From: an uncultured Prevotella sp. | Lineage (GTDB): Bacteria > Bacteroidota > Bacteroidia > Bacteroidales > Bacteroidaceae | Length of the DNA: 64,000 nt | NCBI GenBank assembly: GCA_946183415.1 | Contig: CAMHAM010000009.1 | Location: 19,797-83,796, forward strand | Direction: 5' to 3' | The notes under the pieces: model-generated | Told to the model about the DNA's origin: nothing | The model's input: the letters and a program-made list of their open reading frames with translations, nothing else | Databases searched by the model: none | Shown here: positions 49,424-59,869 of the stretch, in pieces | How the letters are laid out: the number at the start of each line of letters is the position of its first letter | How positions within the stretch are numbered: position 1 is the first letter of the stretch | Program-made: the position numbers and the translations under genes

Positions 49424-51351
49424 TTGATAGGGCGACGATAGACAAGATCATGGACGCCACGAACATTGTCGACGTGGTGGGAGAGTTTGTGACACTGAGG
49501 AAGGCGGGTGTGAACTACAAGGGTCTGTGCCCGTTCCACGACGATACGACACCCTCGTTCATGGTGTCGCCAGCGAAGCAGATCTGTAAGTGTTTTGCCT
49601 GTGGCGAGGGTGGAACCGCCATCAACTTCCTGATGAAGCATGAGCAGATCACCTATCCTGAGGCCCTGCGCTGGTTGGCGAAGAAATACAATATTGAGAT
49701 TCAGGAGAAAGAACTGACTGACGAAGAGAAGAAAGAACAGAGCGACCGTGAGTCGATGTTCGTCGTCAATGAGTGGGCGATGAAATACTTTAATGACCTT
49801 CTGAAGAACGATCCTGACGGTATCGCCATCGGCAAGCAGTATTTCCGTAGTCGTGGTATCCGTGACGATATCATCGAGAAGTTTAACTTGGGCTATGCCG
49901 TACCTAAGCGCGACGCTCTGGCCATCGCCGGTCAAAAGGCAGGCTTCAAACCTGAGTATCTGGAAAAGACAGGCCTTTGCATTAAGGGTGAGAAAGGTCT
50001 CCACGACCGTTATGCTGGTCGAGTGATATTCCCATGGTTGAACGTGAGTGGTAGGGTGGTGGCCTTCGGAGGCCGTCTGCTCGACTCGCGAACTAAGGGT
50101 GTGCAGCAGAAGTATGTCAACTCGCCCGATTCGGAAATCTATCACAAGGAGCGAGAGCTCTACGGTCTCTATCAGGCAAAGAAAGCCATTGCCAAGGAGG
50201 ATCGTGTGTACATGGTGGAGGGTTATACTGATGTAATTGCCATGCATCAGAGTGGACTGGAAAACGTGGTGGCCAACTCTGGTACGGCGCTTTCTCTCCA
50301 TCAGATTAAACTCTTGAGGCGGTTTACGCAGAATATCACGTTGCTCTATGATGGCGACGAGGCTGGTATCCATGCAGCCATGCGAGGCACCGACATGCTG
50401 CTGGCTGAGGGCATGAATATCAAGGTGCTGTTGCTGCCTGACGGGGATGACCCCGACTCGTTCGCAAGGAAGCATTCGGCTACGGAACTGAAGGATTATA
50501 TAGAGAATAACGCAACAGACTTCATCACCTTCAAGACGCGACTGACGGTAGAGAATGTCGATGATCCCGTGAAGCGTTCTGAGGCTATCGGAGGGATCGT
50601 GAAAAGCATTTCTGTCATCCCTGACCAGATCCTGCGCTCTACCTATCTGAGTGAGTTGTCACAGCGACTGGGTATCAAGGAACAGACGCTGCTGAACTCG
50701 ATGAACGGTATGATTGCCAAAGACATTGAGGAGAAGGAAAAGGAGAAGAGCAGACAGGGTAATCAAGAGCAGAGTCAGGATACTGCCGCCAAGCCTCAGT
50801 TCGTTGGTCTGCACAGTATCGACGACCAGACGAAAGAGGTTGAGCGCCTGTTGGTACAGGCCGTGATTCGTCATGGTGAAGAGGTCATCTATAAAGATGT
50901 GGAGACGGAGGACGGAGGAAAGACCAATCTGACGGTGGCCCAGTATATTGCTTATGACCTGGGCGCAGACGGACTGGAGTTCCACGATCAACGTTACGGT
51001 CAGATCCTGCTTGAGGCTGCACAACACAGTGGAGAGGAGGGCTTCAAGGCAGAGGCATACTTTATGCACCACCCAGACTATCAGGTCAGTGAGCTGGCGA
51101 CAGAGTTGGCCATTGACCGTCATCAGCTGGGCAAGGGCTTCCAGCTGAAGGAGCGTGAGAACGGACTGCTGCAGCATGTGCTCCATCTCGTACTCGACTT
51201 CAGATACTACTATCTGGGTAATCGTGAGAAGGAACTGCTGACTCAGTTGAAGACCAGCAAGGACAACTATATGGATACGATGAAGGAGTATATGCGTATC
51301 AAAAGCTTATACGATGCCGTATCGAAGAAACTGGGAAGAGACATTAAGTAG
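49420..51351 (+). CDS. dnaG: DNA primase
   Basis: CPFHDD..CKCFACG zinc finger, KYVNSPDS, VEGYTDV, YDGDEAG, DPDSF. Confidence 0.95.
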   Translation: MIDRATIDKIMDATNIVDVVGEFVTLRKAGVNYKGLCPFHDDTTPSFMVSPAKQICKCFACGEGGTAINFLMKHEQITYPEALRWLAKKYNIEIQEKELTDEEKKEQSDRESMFVVNEWAMKYFNDLLKNDPDGIAIGKQYFRSRGIRDDIIEKFNLGYAVPKRDALAIAGQKAGFKPEYLEKTGLCIKGEKGLHDRYAGRVIFPWLNVSGRVVAFGGRLLDSRTKGVQQKYVNSPDSEIYHKERELYGLYQAKKAIAKEDRVYMVEGYTDVIAMHQSGLENVVANSGTALSLHQIKLLRRFTQNITLLYDGDEAGIHAAMRGTDMLLAEGMNIKVLLLPDGDDPDSFARKHSATELKDYIENNATDFITFKTRLTVENVDDPVKRSEAIGGIVKSISVIPDQILRSTYLSELSQRLGIKEQTLLNSMNGMIAKDIEEKEKEKSRQGNQEQSQDTAAKPQFVGLHSIDDQTKEVERLLVQAVIRHGEEVIYKDVETEDGGKTNLTVAQYIAYDLGADGLEFHDQRYGQILLEAAQHSGEEGFKAEAYFMHHPDYQVSELATELAIDRHQLGKGFQLKERENGLLQHVLHLVLDFRYYYLGNREKELLTQLKTSKDNYMDTMKEYMRIKSLYDAVSKKLGRDIK

Positions 51352-51360
51352 TGAGAAGTG

Positions 51361-52776
51361 ATGAGTTGGCTGAATATCATATTTATCATCTATCAGATTG
51401 TGGTCATCCTGGCTGTGATCCATGTGATTCTTGATAATCGTCAGCCTGCCAAGACGATGGCCTGGGCACTGGTGATCTACTTCGTACCAGTGGTGGGCAT
51501 CGTGTTCTATATCTTCTTTGGTATCAACACCCGTAAAGAGCGCTATGTGAGCGAACGGAGTATGAACCAGTTGGCTAAGCGCTCGATGCTCGAGTTTGCT
51601 GAACAGCAGAATCTGCGACTGCCTGAGCAGCACATGCCTCTGATCGATCTCTTTATCAGTCAGAACATGTCGATGCCATTCAAGGACAATCTGGTGGATA
51701 TCCATACAGATGGCTATAGCTTTATCACGGCCTTATTAGCCGACATGAAGAAAGCCAAGGATCATATCCATATCGATATGTACATCTTTGCCGAGGACGC
51801 ACTGGGCAGTCTGGTGGCCGATGCCCTGATCGACAAGGCACATGAAGGCGTGACGGTAAAGTTGATCTACGATGATGTGGGTTGTTGGAACGTCAGTCGT
51901 CGCTTCTTTGAGCGCATGCGCGAGGAGGGTATCGAGGTGATGCCGTTCATGCCTGTACATTTCCCCTCGTTTACGAGTAAGGTGAACTACAGGAACCACC
52001 GTAAGATCATCGTTATCGATGGTCGTGTGGGATATATCGGAGGCATGAACATCGCCCTTCGCTATGTGAAAGGTACGGGCGCGATGCCTTGGCGCGACAC
52101 GATGCTGCGTGTAGAAGGTGGAGGTGTGATGGCTCTGCAGCGCGCTTTTCTGGAGGACTGGTACTTTGTGGATCGTACGCTACTCTCCGACCGTAAGTAT
52201 TATCCTCGTGCCGAAAAACATAACGACTGTCTGGCACAGGTGGTGACGAGTGGACCAGTGACGCCCTATCCTGAGATTCTGCAAGGTTATGTTCGAATGA
52301 TCCTGGGCGCTCGCCATTACCTGTATATCGAGACACCTTACTTCCTGCCTAATGAGCCGACCCTCTTTGCCCTGAAGACGGTGGCACTGGCTGGCGTCGA
52401 CGTGCGCCTAATCTGTCCCTTGAAGAGCGATGCTCGCTTTGTCGAGTGGGCCAGTCGCAGTTATCTGCGCGAGGTGATGGAGGCTGGTGTGCAGGTCTAT
52501 CTCTATAAGACAGGATTCCTGCACTCTAAACTGATGGTCTGCGATGACAGTATCAGTACTTGTGGATCGACAAATGTTGATTTCCGTAGTTTTGAGAATA
52601 ATTTCGAGGCGAACATGTTCTTCTACGATGAGCAGTTGGCTCTGAAGATGAAGGATGTGTTCCTGAATGATCAGAAGCAGTCCGTACTGCTGACAGAAGT
52701 GAAAGAGAGGATGAAGGGTTCGTTCCTGACCCGCCTGTGGGAAAGTATTACAAGGATGCTTTCTCCGTTGTTCTGA
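51361..52776 (+). CDS. cls: Cardiolipin synthase
   Basis: Two HKD motifs NHRKIIVIDG and LHSKLMVCD; N-terminal TMs. Confidence 0.92.
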   Translation: MSWLNIIFIIYQIVVILAVIHVILDNRQPAKTMAWALVIYFVPVVGIVFYIFFGINTRKERYVSERSMNQLAKRSMLEFAEQQNLRLPEQHMPLIDLFISQNMSMPFKDNLVDIHTDGYSFITALLADMKKAKDHIHIDMYIFAEDALGSLVADALIDKAHEGVTVKLIYDDVGCWNVSRRFFERMREEGIEVMPFMPVHFPSFTSKVNYRNHRKIIVIDGRVGYIGGMNIALRYVKGTGAMPWRDTMLRVEGGGVMALQRAFLEDWYFVDRTLLSDRKYYPRAEKHNDCLAQVVTSGPVTPYPEILQGYVRMILGARHYLYIETPYFLPNEPTLFALKTVALAGVDVRLICPLKSDARFVEWASRSYLREVMEAGVQVYLYKTGFLHSKLMVCDDSISTCGSTNVDFRSFENNFEANMFFYDEQLALKMKDVFLNDQKQSVLLTEVKERMKGSFLTRLWESITRMLSPLF

Positions 52777-53302
52777 AAATCGTAAAATTGACGCTGCCGT
52801 AACTGCGATGCTCCACAAAATGGGGATCGGAGGAGAAATCGTGCTCCTTGCCGTGCTCGAAGACGAAGATGCCGTCGTCTTTCAAAAGTCCCTTCTCAAA
52901 GATGAGACTGGGAATCGTGGGAAGCTCTTTCAGGGCGTATGGGGGATCGGCAAAGATGAAATCAAACTGTTGCTTACAGGATTTGACGAAGCGGAACACA
53001 TCACCACGGATCGGCAGGAATTGAGGCGTGTCTCCGAGTTTCTTCAGACAGTCCTGGATGAAACGGTGGTGATCACGGTCCAGTTCGACGCTGACCACCT
53101 GGCTGCAGCCACGTGAGAGGAGTTCGAGACTGATACTGCCTGTACCAGAGAAGAGGTCGAGGGCTCGTGCTCCATCGAAGTCGATATACTGGATCAGCAC
53201 GTTGAAGATATTCTCCTTGGCAAAGTCGGTAGTGGGCCTTGCTTTGAACGTGCGTGGAATGTCAAAATGACGTCCTTTATATTTACCAGTAATGATTCTC
53301 AC
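52748..53302 (-). CDS. rsmD: 16S rRNA (guanine966-N2)-methyltransferase
   Basis: MRIITG, RPTTD..KENIFN, LDLFSGTG, FADPPY. Confidence 0.92.
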   Translation of the reverse strand: MRIITGKYKGRHFDIPRTFKARPTTDFAKENIFNVLIQYIDFDGARALDLFSGTGSISLELLSRGCSQVVSVELDRDHHRFIQDCLKKLGDTPQFLPIRGDVFRFVKSCKQQFDFIFADPPYALKELPTIPSLIFEKGLLKDDGIFVFEHGKEHDFSSDPHFVEHRSYGSVNFTIFRTTEKASL

Positions 53303-53329
53303 TATTCTCTATAGATGTTTCGTTCACTT

Positions 53330-54136
53330 CTATCTTCCTTTTGTAATCAAAGTCATGAGGTCGTAAGGCATGCCTGCTATTTCTGTGACCGATGCCTGCT
53401 GTAAGTCGGCTACAGGATTAATGATATAGGCCTTCTGCACATAGCGCTTAAGCTCCTGTAGCAGAGTGTCCTGTTCAGGGATATCACCCACGAGGTGTAT
53501 CTCGTCATGATGGGCGTCGAGTCGTAGCTGCTTCCACACATAGAGTAGGAAGTAAAGCGCATCGTTCAACTGGGAAGCCTCGAAGGTGTTGGCAAACTTA
53601 AAACGGTTCTGCTGGAAACTGAAGATGTCCAACTGCTTCTCGTGGAAATAGGCATAGAGCTTGTTGCGATGTCCTGTGAAACTGCGCTGGTGGAGATGAT
53701 GCCATACGGGTGTCATTGCCTGGATGAACTGCACATGTTCGAAACGCTCGCAGAGCACCTTATGCAGATCTTTGTTGATGGCAAAGATACAGACGGCATT
53801 GAGGGTGGGCAGTACGTTGTAGAGCACGGAGCGCTTTTCCTCGTCCTTTACTGGGAAACTGTGGTTGAAAAGCGTCTCGGTTAGTGGCTCTTCAAACTGT
53901 TCTATGGGAACCAGCAGCGATGGGGTGTCAACGACTACCTGAGCCTGCTGGATATGACTGTCAGAAACCATCAGTTCCGTATGCTTGAAGATCTCGCGGA
54001 GATTGGCAGGCATCGAGACGCCCCCCTTCACGATATAGGGCTCAAAACGCAAAGGGCATGCGGTGTCAGTGACATCGTATGCCGTGAAGGAAAGTGAGTT
54101 CTTTCCGATGCGGATGGTGATTTTTCTTCTATCCAT
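53330..54136 (-). CDS. DUF3822 family protein
   Basis: FANTF..LYFLLYVWKQL and MPYDL motifs; position upstream of rsmD typical of Bacteroidota; start moved to MDRRKITIRIG. Confidence 0.8.
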   Translation of the reverse strand: MDRRKITIRIGKNSLSFTAYDVTDTACPLRFEPYIVKGGVSMPANLREIFKHTELMVSDSHIQQAQVVVDTPSLLVPIEQFEEPLTETLFNHSFPVKDEEKRSVLYNVLPTLNAVCIFAINKDLHKVLCERFEHVQFIQAMTPVWHHLHQRSFTGHRNKLYAYFHEKQLDIFSFQQNRFKFANTFEASQLNDALYFLLYVWKQLRLDAHHDEIHLVGDIPEQDTLLQELKRYVQKAYIINPVADLQQASVTEIAGMPYDLMTLITKGR

Positions 54137-54224
54137 TACCCCAGACACTTGCGACGCATATCGCCAAAAGTCCGGCAGCCACCAAAGCAAGGATGATATT
54201 CGTCAGTTTGTCGTTGATTTGCAT
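54129..54224 (-). CDS. Unannotated 31-aa single-TM peptide
   Basis: MQINDKLTNIILALVAAGLLAICVASVWGNG*; downstream of minus-strand TAATTTTG box; stop overlaps the DUF3822 start. Confidence 0.55.
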   Translation of the reverse strand: MQINDKLTNIILALVAAGLLAICVASVWGNG

Positions 54225-54300
54225 AACTGCGTGCAAAATTACAAATTTTCCTTGATAACAATGCCATTCGTGGCGAAAAATTTGTATTTTTGCAGGCAGA

Positions 54301-55725
54301 ATGATTCAAGACGAGCTGAAATACCGCATTTTGCAGACCCTTGGAGTGCCGCCGACAATGGAACAGGCGCAGGCGCTCGATGTGTTTGCTGCATTCATGA
54401 CTGACAGGAGCGATCAGGTGGTGATGATTCTACGTGGTTCTGCTGGTACGGGTAAGACCACGCTGGCAGGAGCCATCGTCAGGGCGATGATGGCCTTGAA
54501 GCAGAAACTGATTCTCCTGGCTCCCACGGGGCGAGCGGCAAAAGTGTTCTCGCTGAACGCAGGGCATGCGGCCTATACCATCCACCGTCGCATCTACCGT
54601 CAGAAATCGGCTGGTGACCTGTCGCGATTCAACTTGAATGATAATCTGAATCGTGACACCTTATTTATTATAGACGAGGCGTCGATGATTGCCAATCAGG
54701 GGTATGGCGATTCTGCATTCGGTACAGGTTGTCTGCTCGACGACCTCATGCAGTTTGTGTATAACGGCCAGAACTGTCGTATGGTGCTGGTGGGCGACAA
54801 GGCGCAGCTGCCACCCGTAGGCGAGGATGAGAGTCCTGCGCTCATGGCCGATGTGCTACGTTGCTATGGGATGAAGGTCTATGAGTGCGACCTGAATCAG
54901 GTGCTACGCCAGAGTGAAGCATCGGGCATCCTTTGGAACGCCACAATGATTCGGCAGATGATTACGCATGATGAGATGACCGAACTGCCTCGTGTCAGGT
55001 TTGAGGGTTTTGCCGATATACAGGTGGTGCCAGGCGACGAGCTGATAGAGTCGCTGGCCTCCAGCTATGGTAGGGTGGGGCTCGACGAGACGATGGTCAT
55101 CACACGAAGTAACAAACGGGCGAACATCTATAATCAGGGTATCCGTAACACGGTGCTCGATCGAGAAGAGGAACTCTGCCGAGGTGACCAGCTGATGATT
55201 GTCAAGAATAACTATTTCTGGACGGAGGGGTCTAAGGAGATTCCCTTTCTCGCCAATGGAGATGTCGCTGTGGTTCAGCGCGTCAGGAATGTCCATGAGC
55301 TCTATGGCTTCCGTTTTGCGGAAGTCACAATGCAGATGCCTGATTACGAGGACTACGAGCTGACTGCAATGGTAATCCTCGATTCGCTGACCACTGAGGC
55401 ACCGTCTCTCACACGCGAGCAGCAAGAACATCTCTACAATGCTGTGCTGGAGGATTATGCAGATATACCCCTGCAGGCAGAACGCATCAAGAAACTGAAG
55501 GTCGATCGCTATTACAATGCCCTTCAGATTAAGTTCGCCTATGCCGTCACCTGTCACAAAGCCCAGGGTGGCCAATGGGCGCATATCTATCTGGATCAGG
55601 GTTACATGACTGACGATATGCTCACCCCCGACTATATCCACTGGCTCTACACTGCCTTCACACGTGCCACAGAGAAGCTCTACCTCGTCAACTGGCCCAA
55701 GACTCAAGTGGACAATCTCCCCTGA
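54301..55725 (+). CDS. RecD-like ATP-dependent DNA helicase
   Basis: GSAGTGKTT, LAPTGRAAK, IIDEASM, VGDKAQLPPV, YAVTCHKAQG, LYTAFTRA. Confidence 0.88.
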   Translation: MIQDELKYRILQTLGVPPTMEQAQALDVFAAFMTDRSDQVVMILRGSAGTGKTTLAGAIVRAMMALKQKLILLAPTGRAAKVFSLNAGHAAYTIHRRIYRQKSAGDLSRFNLNDNLNRDTLFIIDEASMIANQGYGDSAFGTGCLLDDLMQFVYNGQNCRMVLVGDKAQLPPVGEDESPALMADVLRCYGMKVYECDLNQVLRQSEASGILWNATMIRQMITHDEMTELPRVRFEGFADIQVVPGDELIESLASSYGRVGLDETMVITRSNKRANIYNQGIRNTVLDREEELCRGDQLMIVKNNYFWTEGSKEIPFLANGDVAVVQRVRNVHELYGFRFAEVTMQMPDYEDYELTAMVILDSLTTEAPSLTREQQEHLYNAVLEDYADIPLQAERIKKLKVDRYYNALQIKFAYAVTCHKAQGGQWAHIYLDQGYMTDDMLTPDYIHWLYTAFTRATEKLYLVNWPKTQVDNLP

Positions 55726-55847
55726 AAGCCGCCTTTTAGATATTGTCGGGTGCTTTTTCGTGGATTTTCCGTATTTTCGCGACAAAAATAGTTTGTTATG
55801 GGGTTAGCATTTTGAACGCCTAAAGGGTATTATAATAAAAAGACGTG

Positions 55848-56330
55848 ATGGAAAGACATGATATCCAAAGGCTGTTCAAGCAGCACTACGCTAAGATGCT
55901 GAGGGTGGCACGCACAATCCTCTACGATGAGCAGGAGAGCAAGGATGTGGTCAGCGACATCTTTGAGGGACTGCTCCGTGGGCGGACGGTACTGACTCCC
56001 GACACCGAAGAACGCTACCTGCTGACGAGCGTTCGCAACCAGTGCCTGAAGCGTATCCGCCACCAGGACACGAGACTCCGCATGGAGACTGCTACTGCAG
56101 AGCAGACATCCGACGCCGAGTTTGAGGATGAGCGCATGACAGACATTGTCGAGTTTGTCGTCAGTCATCTGACAGAACAAGAACAACGCATCTTCCACCT
56201 CCGCTTCGCTGAAGGCTATAGCTATGAGGAGATTGCTTCTTCCGAAGGCATCAGCCGCGTGGCTGTATGGAAACACCTTTCACACGCCTTGAAAGAAATC
56301 AGAAACCGTTTTAATCCGAAAGGCTTATGA
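55848..56330 (+). CDS. ECF RNA polymerase sigma factor
   Basis: DVVSDIF, YLLTSVRNQC (region 2); IFHLRFAEGYSYEEIA..ISRVAVWKHL (region 4). Confidence 0.88.
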   Translation: MERHDIQRLFKQHYAKMLRVARTILYDEQESKDVVSDIFEGLLRGRTVLTPDTEERYLLTSVRNQCLKRIRHQDTRLRMETATAEQTSDAEFEDERMTDIVEFVVSHLTEQEQRIFHLRFAEGYSYEEIASSEGISRVAVWKHLSHALKEIRNRFNPKGL

Positions 56331-56899
56331 AAACAAACGATCACAACAAGCAGCTGTTCCGCTCGATGCAGGAAGAGCCTGACAAGTATTCCGATCAGGA
56401 GATAGAGGCCATGATGGACGATCTTGACCAAGTGCCCGACGTGGATGAAGCATGGCAGCAGTTCGCCCGGCAGCATATTCCCTCAGTGCACCCCATGCAT
56501 ATTTGGCGAAAAGTCGCTGCTATACTCATTGGCGTATTAACTCTATCTGGCATTGCTTTTGCTGCAGTTCACATCATGCATCAATCACAACAAGAGGAAA
56601 TGAATCACGGGGACAGGTTGCGTGATTCAGCCGTCTTGCCGGCGAATCAAGAACCTGTCCCCGTGATTCACGCCAAGGCTGGACCTGTAGTCTTTGACAA
56701 TGTCACACTCGACAGCATCGCCAAAGATATTGCGGTGTATCATCACCTTGATATAGACTTGCAGAACGAGCAGGCTAACCAACTTCGTTTCTATTTCGTA
56801 TGGAATCAGGACGAGAGTCTGCAGGAAGTCATAGAGAAGTTGAATATGTTCGACCAGGTCCATCTGGCTGTTGAGGACCGTAAACTGATTGTCAGATGA
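56327..56899 (+). CDS. Short FecR-like anti-sigma factor (DUF4974 C-terminal domain)
   Basis: DVDEAWQQF, single TM WRKVAAILIGVLTLSGIAFAA, VVFDNVTL..LRFYFVW..EKLNMF; coupled to the sigma and receptor genes by ATGA overlaps. Confidence 0.78.
   Translation: MKTNDHNKQLFRSMQEEPDKYSDQEIEAMMDDLDQVPDVDEAWQQFARQHIPSVHPMHIWRKVAAILIGVLTLSGIAFAAVHIMHQSQQEEMNHGDRLRDSAVLPANQEPVPVIHAKAGPVVFDNVTLDSIAKDIAVYHHLDIDLQNEQANQLRFYFVWNQDESLQEVIEKLNMFDQVHLAVEDRKLIVR
56601..56670. repeat. 70-bp REP-like palindrome, in frame inside the anti-sigma gene
   Basis: Perfect 19-bp inverted repeat TGAATCACGGGGACAGGTT (56601-56619) / AACCTGTCCCCGTGATTCA (56652-56670) with inner stem. Confidence 0.85.
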
Positions 56900-59466
56900 T
56901 GAACCGCCTCTTTATTTCTCTTATCGCCCTGTGCTTCTGCGCCAGTATATATGGGCAGAAGATTACACGCACCTACGACAACGTCACCATGTCTGAGGCA
57001 CTGCGCGACCTCAACGAACAGTCGCGCGACTATACCATCAGCTTCATGTATAATGAGTTGGAAGACTTCCGCGTGACCACCAGCATCAAGCACAAGTCGT
57101 TCACCGATGCCCTTATGCAGATCATCGGTTTCTATCCCATACGGGTCGTGAAACGTGGAGAGCATGATATCTACGTAGAATGTACCCATAAGACCGAGCG
57201 CCATCTGACGGGCACCATCATCGACGAGAATCGCCAGCCCGTGCCTTACGCCAATATTTACCTGCTTCATCCATCAGACTCGACCGTCATCGGTGGAGGC
57301 GTGAGCAACGAGGCTGGCGTCTTCGTCATCCCCTACGAGCAGCCTGCCGTTCTTGTCCGTATCTCATACGTGGGCTATAAGACCGTCTATAAGCTTTGCA
57401 ACCAGTCTGAAGTGGGAACAATAAAGATGCAGCCAGATAGCTATACGCTGAATGGTGTGGTAGTGCAAGGTGAACGTCCGAAGGTAGTCCTGCAAGGCAA
57501 TTCGCTGATGATGAATGTGGAGGGCACAGTGATGGAACGGTTAGGTACTGCTGAAGACGTACTTACACGTGTCCCGATGATTGCCAAACGGGGTGAGGGC
57601 TTCGAAATCTTAGGTAAAGGCGCACCGCTCATCTATGTAAACGGTCGAAAACTCCGCGACCTGCAAGAACTGAAAAACATCCAGTCTGACAATATCCGCA
57701 ACGTAGAAGTCATCCAAAACCCTGGTGCCCGCTATGACGCATCGGTGAATGCCGTCATCATCATCCGCACCAAACGGGCGGCAGGCGAAGGATTAGGTGT
57801 GGAATTGTCATCGTGGTCACGCAGTGGACGTGGTTATGCCAATAACGAGCGCATCAACCTGACCTATCGCACGGGTGGTCTGGAACTCTTCGCCAACCTT
57901 TTTGGGGCATATAACAGAAGAAAGAGTCAGGGCGAGTTCGAACAGACCATCTTTGCAGATACACTGTGGGTGATTAACAATCAGCAGAAGAATCATGTTC
58001 GTAATCCTTTCCTTGAAGGACGATTCGGTTTCAACTACCAAATCAATGATAATCACTCTTTCGGTGGATTCTACCAGAATACATATGACTACGTAAAGAC
58101 CCGCAGTGAGTATGATGATGACCTGCTGGCCGACGGAGTGGCATACGACCATTTACAAAACAGCAGCGTCAGACGCGATAAGAACAGCCCCATCCATCAG
58201 GCTAATCTTTATTACACAGGCAAAGTGGGGCAACTCAGCATCGACTTCAATGCCGACTACACTTCCCGCAGACAGCAGAGTCGTAATCAGCAGCAGGAAC
58301 TAAGTACTGAGTACGAAGACCGCGATGTGAATACAGAGAGTCAGACACGCAGTAAACTGTTTGCTGAGAAACTATTCGTTACCCATCCGCTGTGGAAAGG
58401 ACAGATAGAGATAGGTGAGGAATATACCAATACGCGATGGAAAAGCAGATTTGATAATCAAGAGGGATACATTGCCAATAGCAATAACGAACAGCACGAA
58501 AGTAACATTGCTCCCTTCGTGGAACTACGCCAACGTCTGGGACGCTTCCAGTTGTCGGCAGGTCTGCGTTACGAACATGTGGAGTCAGAGTACTTTGTGA
58601 GTGGTGTTCGTCGTGATGAACAATGCCGTACATATAACGACCTGTTTCCGTCTCTTTCTGTTTCTACATCAGTCAAGAATCTGCAACTATCTTTCAGTTA
58701 TGCGAAGCGAACAACACGCCCTTCCTATTGGCAGTTGAGTAGCGATGTCACCTACGAGAATCGCTTGAATCTGCAGACGGGTAATCCCTATCTGAAGCCC
58801 GTTAAGTACCACAACCTAAACGCGATGGTGATGTGGAAGTGGCTTTATCTGATGACCAACTTCTCCCATTGTGTCGATCCAATTCTCTATACGGCGGGCG
58901 GTCTAGAAGATGACTCAAAGGTGAATTTCGTGACTTACTTGAATTACGATCATGCCGACTGGCTTACTATTACTTTGGGTGCACAGAAGAACGTCAAATT
59001 AGGTAACGGGATAACATGGACTCCACAATACAACGTGTCGTTGATGAAGCCCTGGTTCAAGTCCATGTTTAATGGTCAGGAGAAAAGTTTCTGCCATCCG
59101 ATGCTGACCCTGCAACTGGGCAACATACTGGCTTTACCTCACGACTGGATGTTGCAAGCAGACTTCTACATGCACACCCACGGCAATACTGGTTCAAACA
59201 TCTATGTTGACTGTACCAATCCGATACTTTCGTTCAGCGTCAGCAAAGACTTCTTCCAACGCCGTCTCAATGTCAAACTGACAGGTTACGACATTTTCAA
59301 TGGAGGCATCAACCATGTCATGCTCTACAGCAATAGGATGATGTTTCGGAAAATGGAGAACAATGATTCCCGTTGCATCCAACTCTCGCTGCGTTATCGC
59401 TTCAATGTTACTCCGTCGAAGTACAAGGGCACTGGTGCAGGTAATGCCGAAAAGAACAGATTGTGA
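56896..59466 (+). CDS. Outer-membrane beta-barrel/TonB-dependent receptor with N-terminal signalling (STN-like) domain
   Basis: Signal peptide, MSEALRDL..ISFMYN, carboxypeptidase-reg-like domain, plug IQNPGARYDA, GNPYLKP, YRFN..KYKGTGAG tail. Confidence 0.82.
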   Translation: MMNRLFISLIALCFCASIYGQKITRTYDNVTMSEALRDLNEQSRDYTISFMYNELEDFRVTTSIKHKSFTDALMQIIGFYPIRVVKRGEHDIYVECTHKTERHLTGTIIDENRQPVPYANIYLLHPSDSTVIGGGVSNEAGVFVIPYEQPAVLVRISYVGYKTVYKLCNQSEVGTIKMQPDSYTLNGVVVQGERPKVVLQGNSLMMNVEGTVMERLGTAEDVLTRVPMIAKRGEGFEILGKGAPLIYVNGRKLRDLQELKNIQSDNIRNVEVIQNPGARYDASVNAVIIIRTKRAAGEGLGVELSSWSRSGRGYANNERINLTYRTGGLELFANLFGAYNRRKSQGEFEQTIFADTLWVINNQQKNHVRNPFLEGRFGFNYQINDNHSFGGFYQNTYDYVKTRSEYDDDLLADGVAYDHLQNSSVRRDKNSPIHQANLYYTGKVGQLSIDFNADYTSRRQQSRNQQQELSTEYEDRDVNTESQTRSKLFAEKLFVTHPLWKGQIEIGEEYTNTRWKSRFDNQEGYIANSNNEQHESNIAPFVELRQRLGRFQLSAGLRYEHVESEYFVSGVRRDEQCRTYNDLFPSLSVSTSVKNLQLSFSYAKRTTRPSYWQLSSDVTYENRLNLQTGNPYLKPVKYHNLNAMVMWKWLYLMTNFSHCVDPILYTAGGLEDDSKVNFVTYLNYDHADWLTITLGAQKNVKLGNGITWTPQYNVSLMKPWFKSMFNGQEKSFCHPMLTLQLGNILALPHDWMLQADFYMHTHGNTGSNIYVDCTNPILSFSVSKDFFQRRLNVKLTGYDIFNGGINHVMLYSNRMMFRKMENNDSRCIQLSLRYRFNVTPSKYKGTGAGNAEKNRL

Positions 59467-59575
59467 TATGCAACATTTGGATTTTTCTTCATACCAGAAT
59501 ATTCCCTATAAACATTCCTTATACTTTCCCTTGCAGAGTCCATAAAAAAGGAATATTGTTAAATTGAATTAAGGA

Positions 59576-59654
59576 AGTACGAAAAATCATACTTTTGGCT
59601 TGCTTAATCAGGTTATTTTCATATCTTTGCACCAAAAGTACGATAAATCATACG
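59576..59654 (+). promoter_or_regulatory. hipB promoter with two palindromic operators
   Basis: AGTACGA-AAAA-TCATACT (59576-59593) and AGTACGA-TAAA-TCATACG (59637-59654) flank TATCTTTG (59622-59629). Confidence 0.7.
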
Positions 59655-59657
59655 CTG

Positions 59658-59861
59658 ATGGATATAGGAACGGTGATTAAGGAGCGCAGGACATTGCTGG
59701 GAATCTCACAGCAAGATCTTTCGGATTATTCTGGAGTAGGCATCTCTACTGTCAAGGATTTGGAGCGAGGCGTAGGTAATCCGTCTCTCCAGACACTACA
59801 GAAGATACTGGATGTGGTGGGTATGGAAATGGTATTGCAGGTAAAACAGACCGTTAAATAG
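59658..59861 (+). CDS. XRE/HipB-like HTH regulator
   Basis: IKERRTLLGISQQDLS..GVGISTVKDLERG..NPSLQTL. Confidence 0.88.
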   Translation: MDIGTVIKERRTLLGISQQDLSDYSGVGISTVKDLERGVGNPSLQTLQKILDVVGMEMVLQVKQTVK

Positions 59862-59869
59862 CATAGAGC

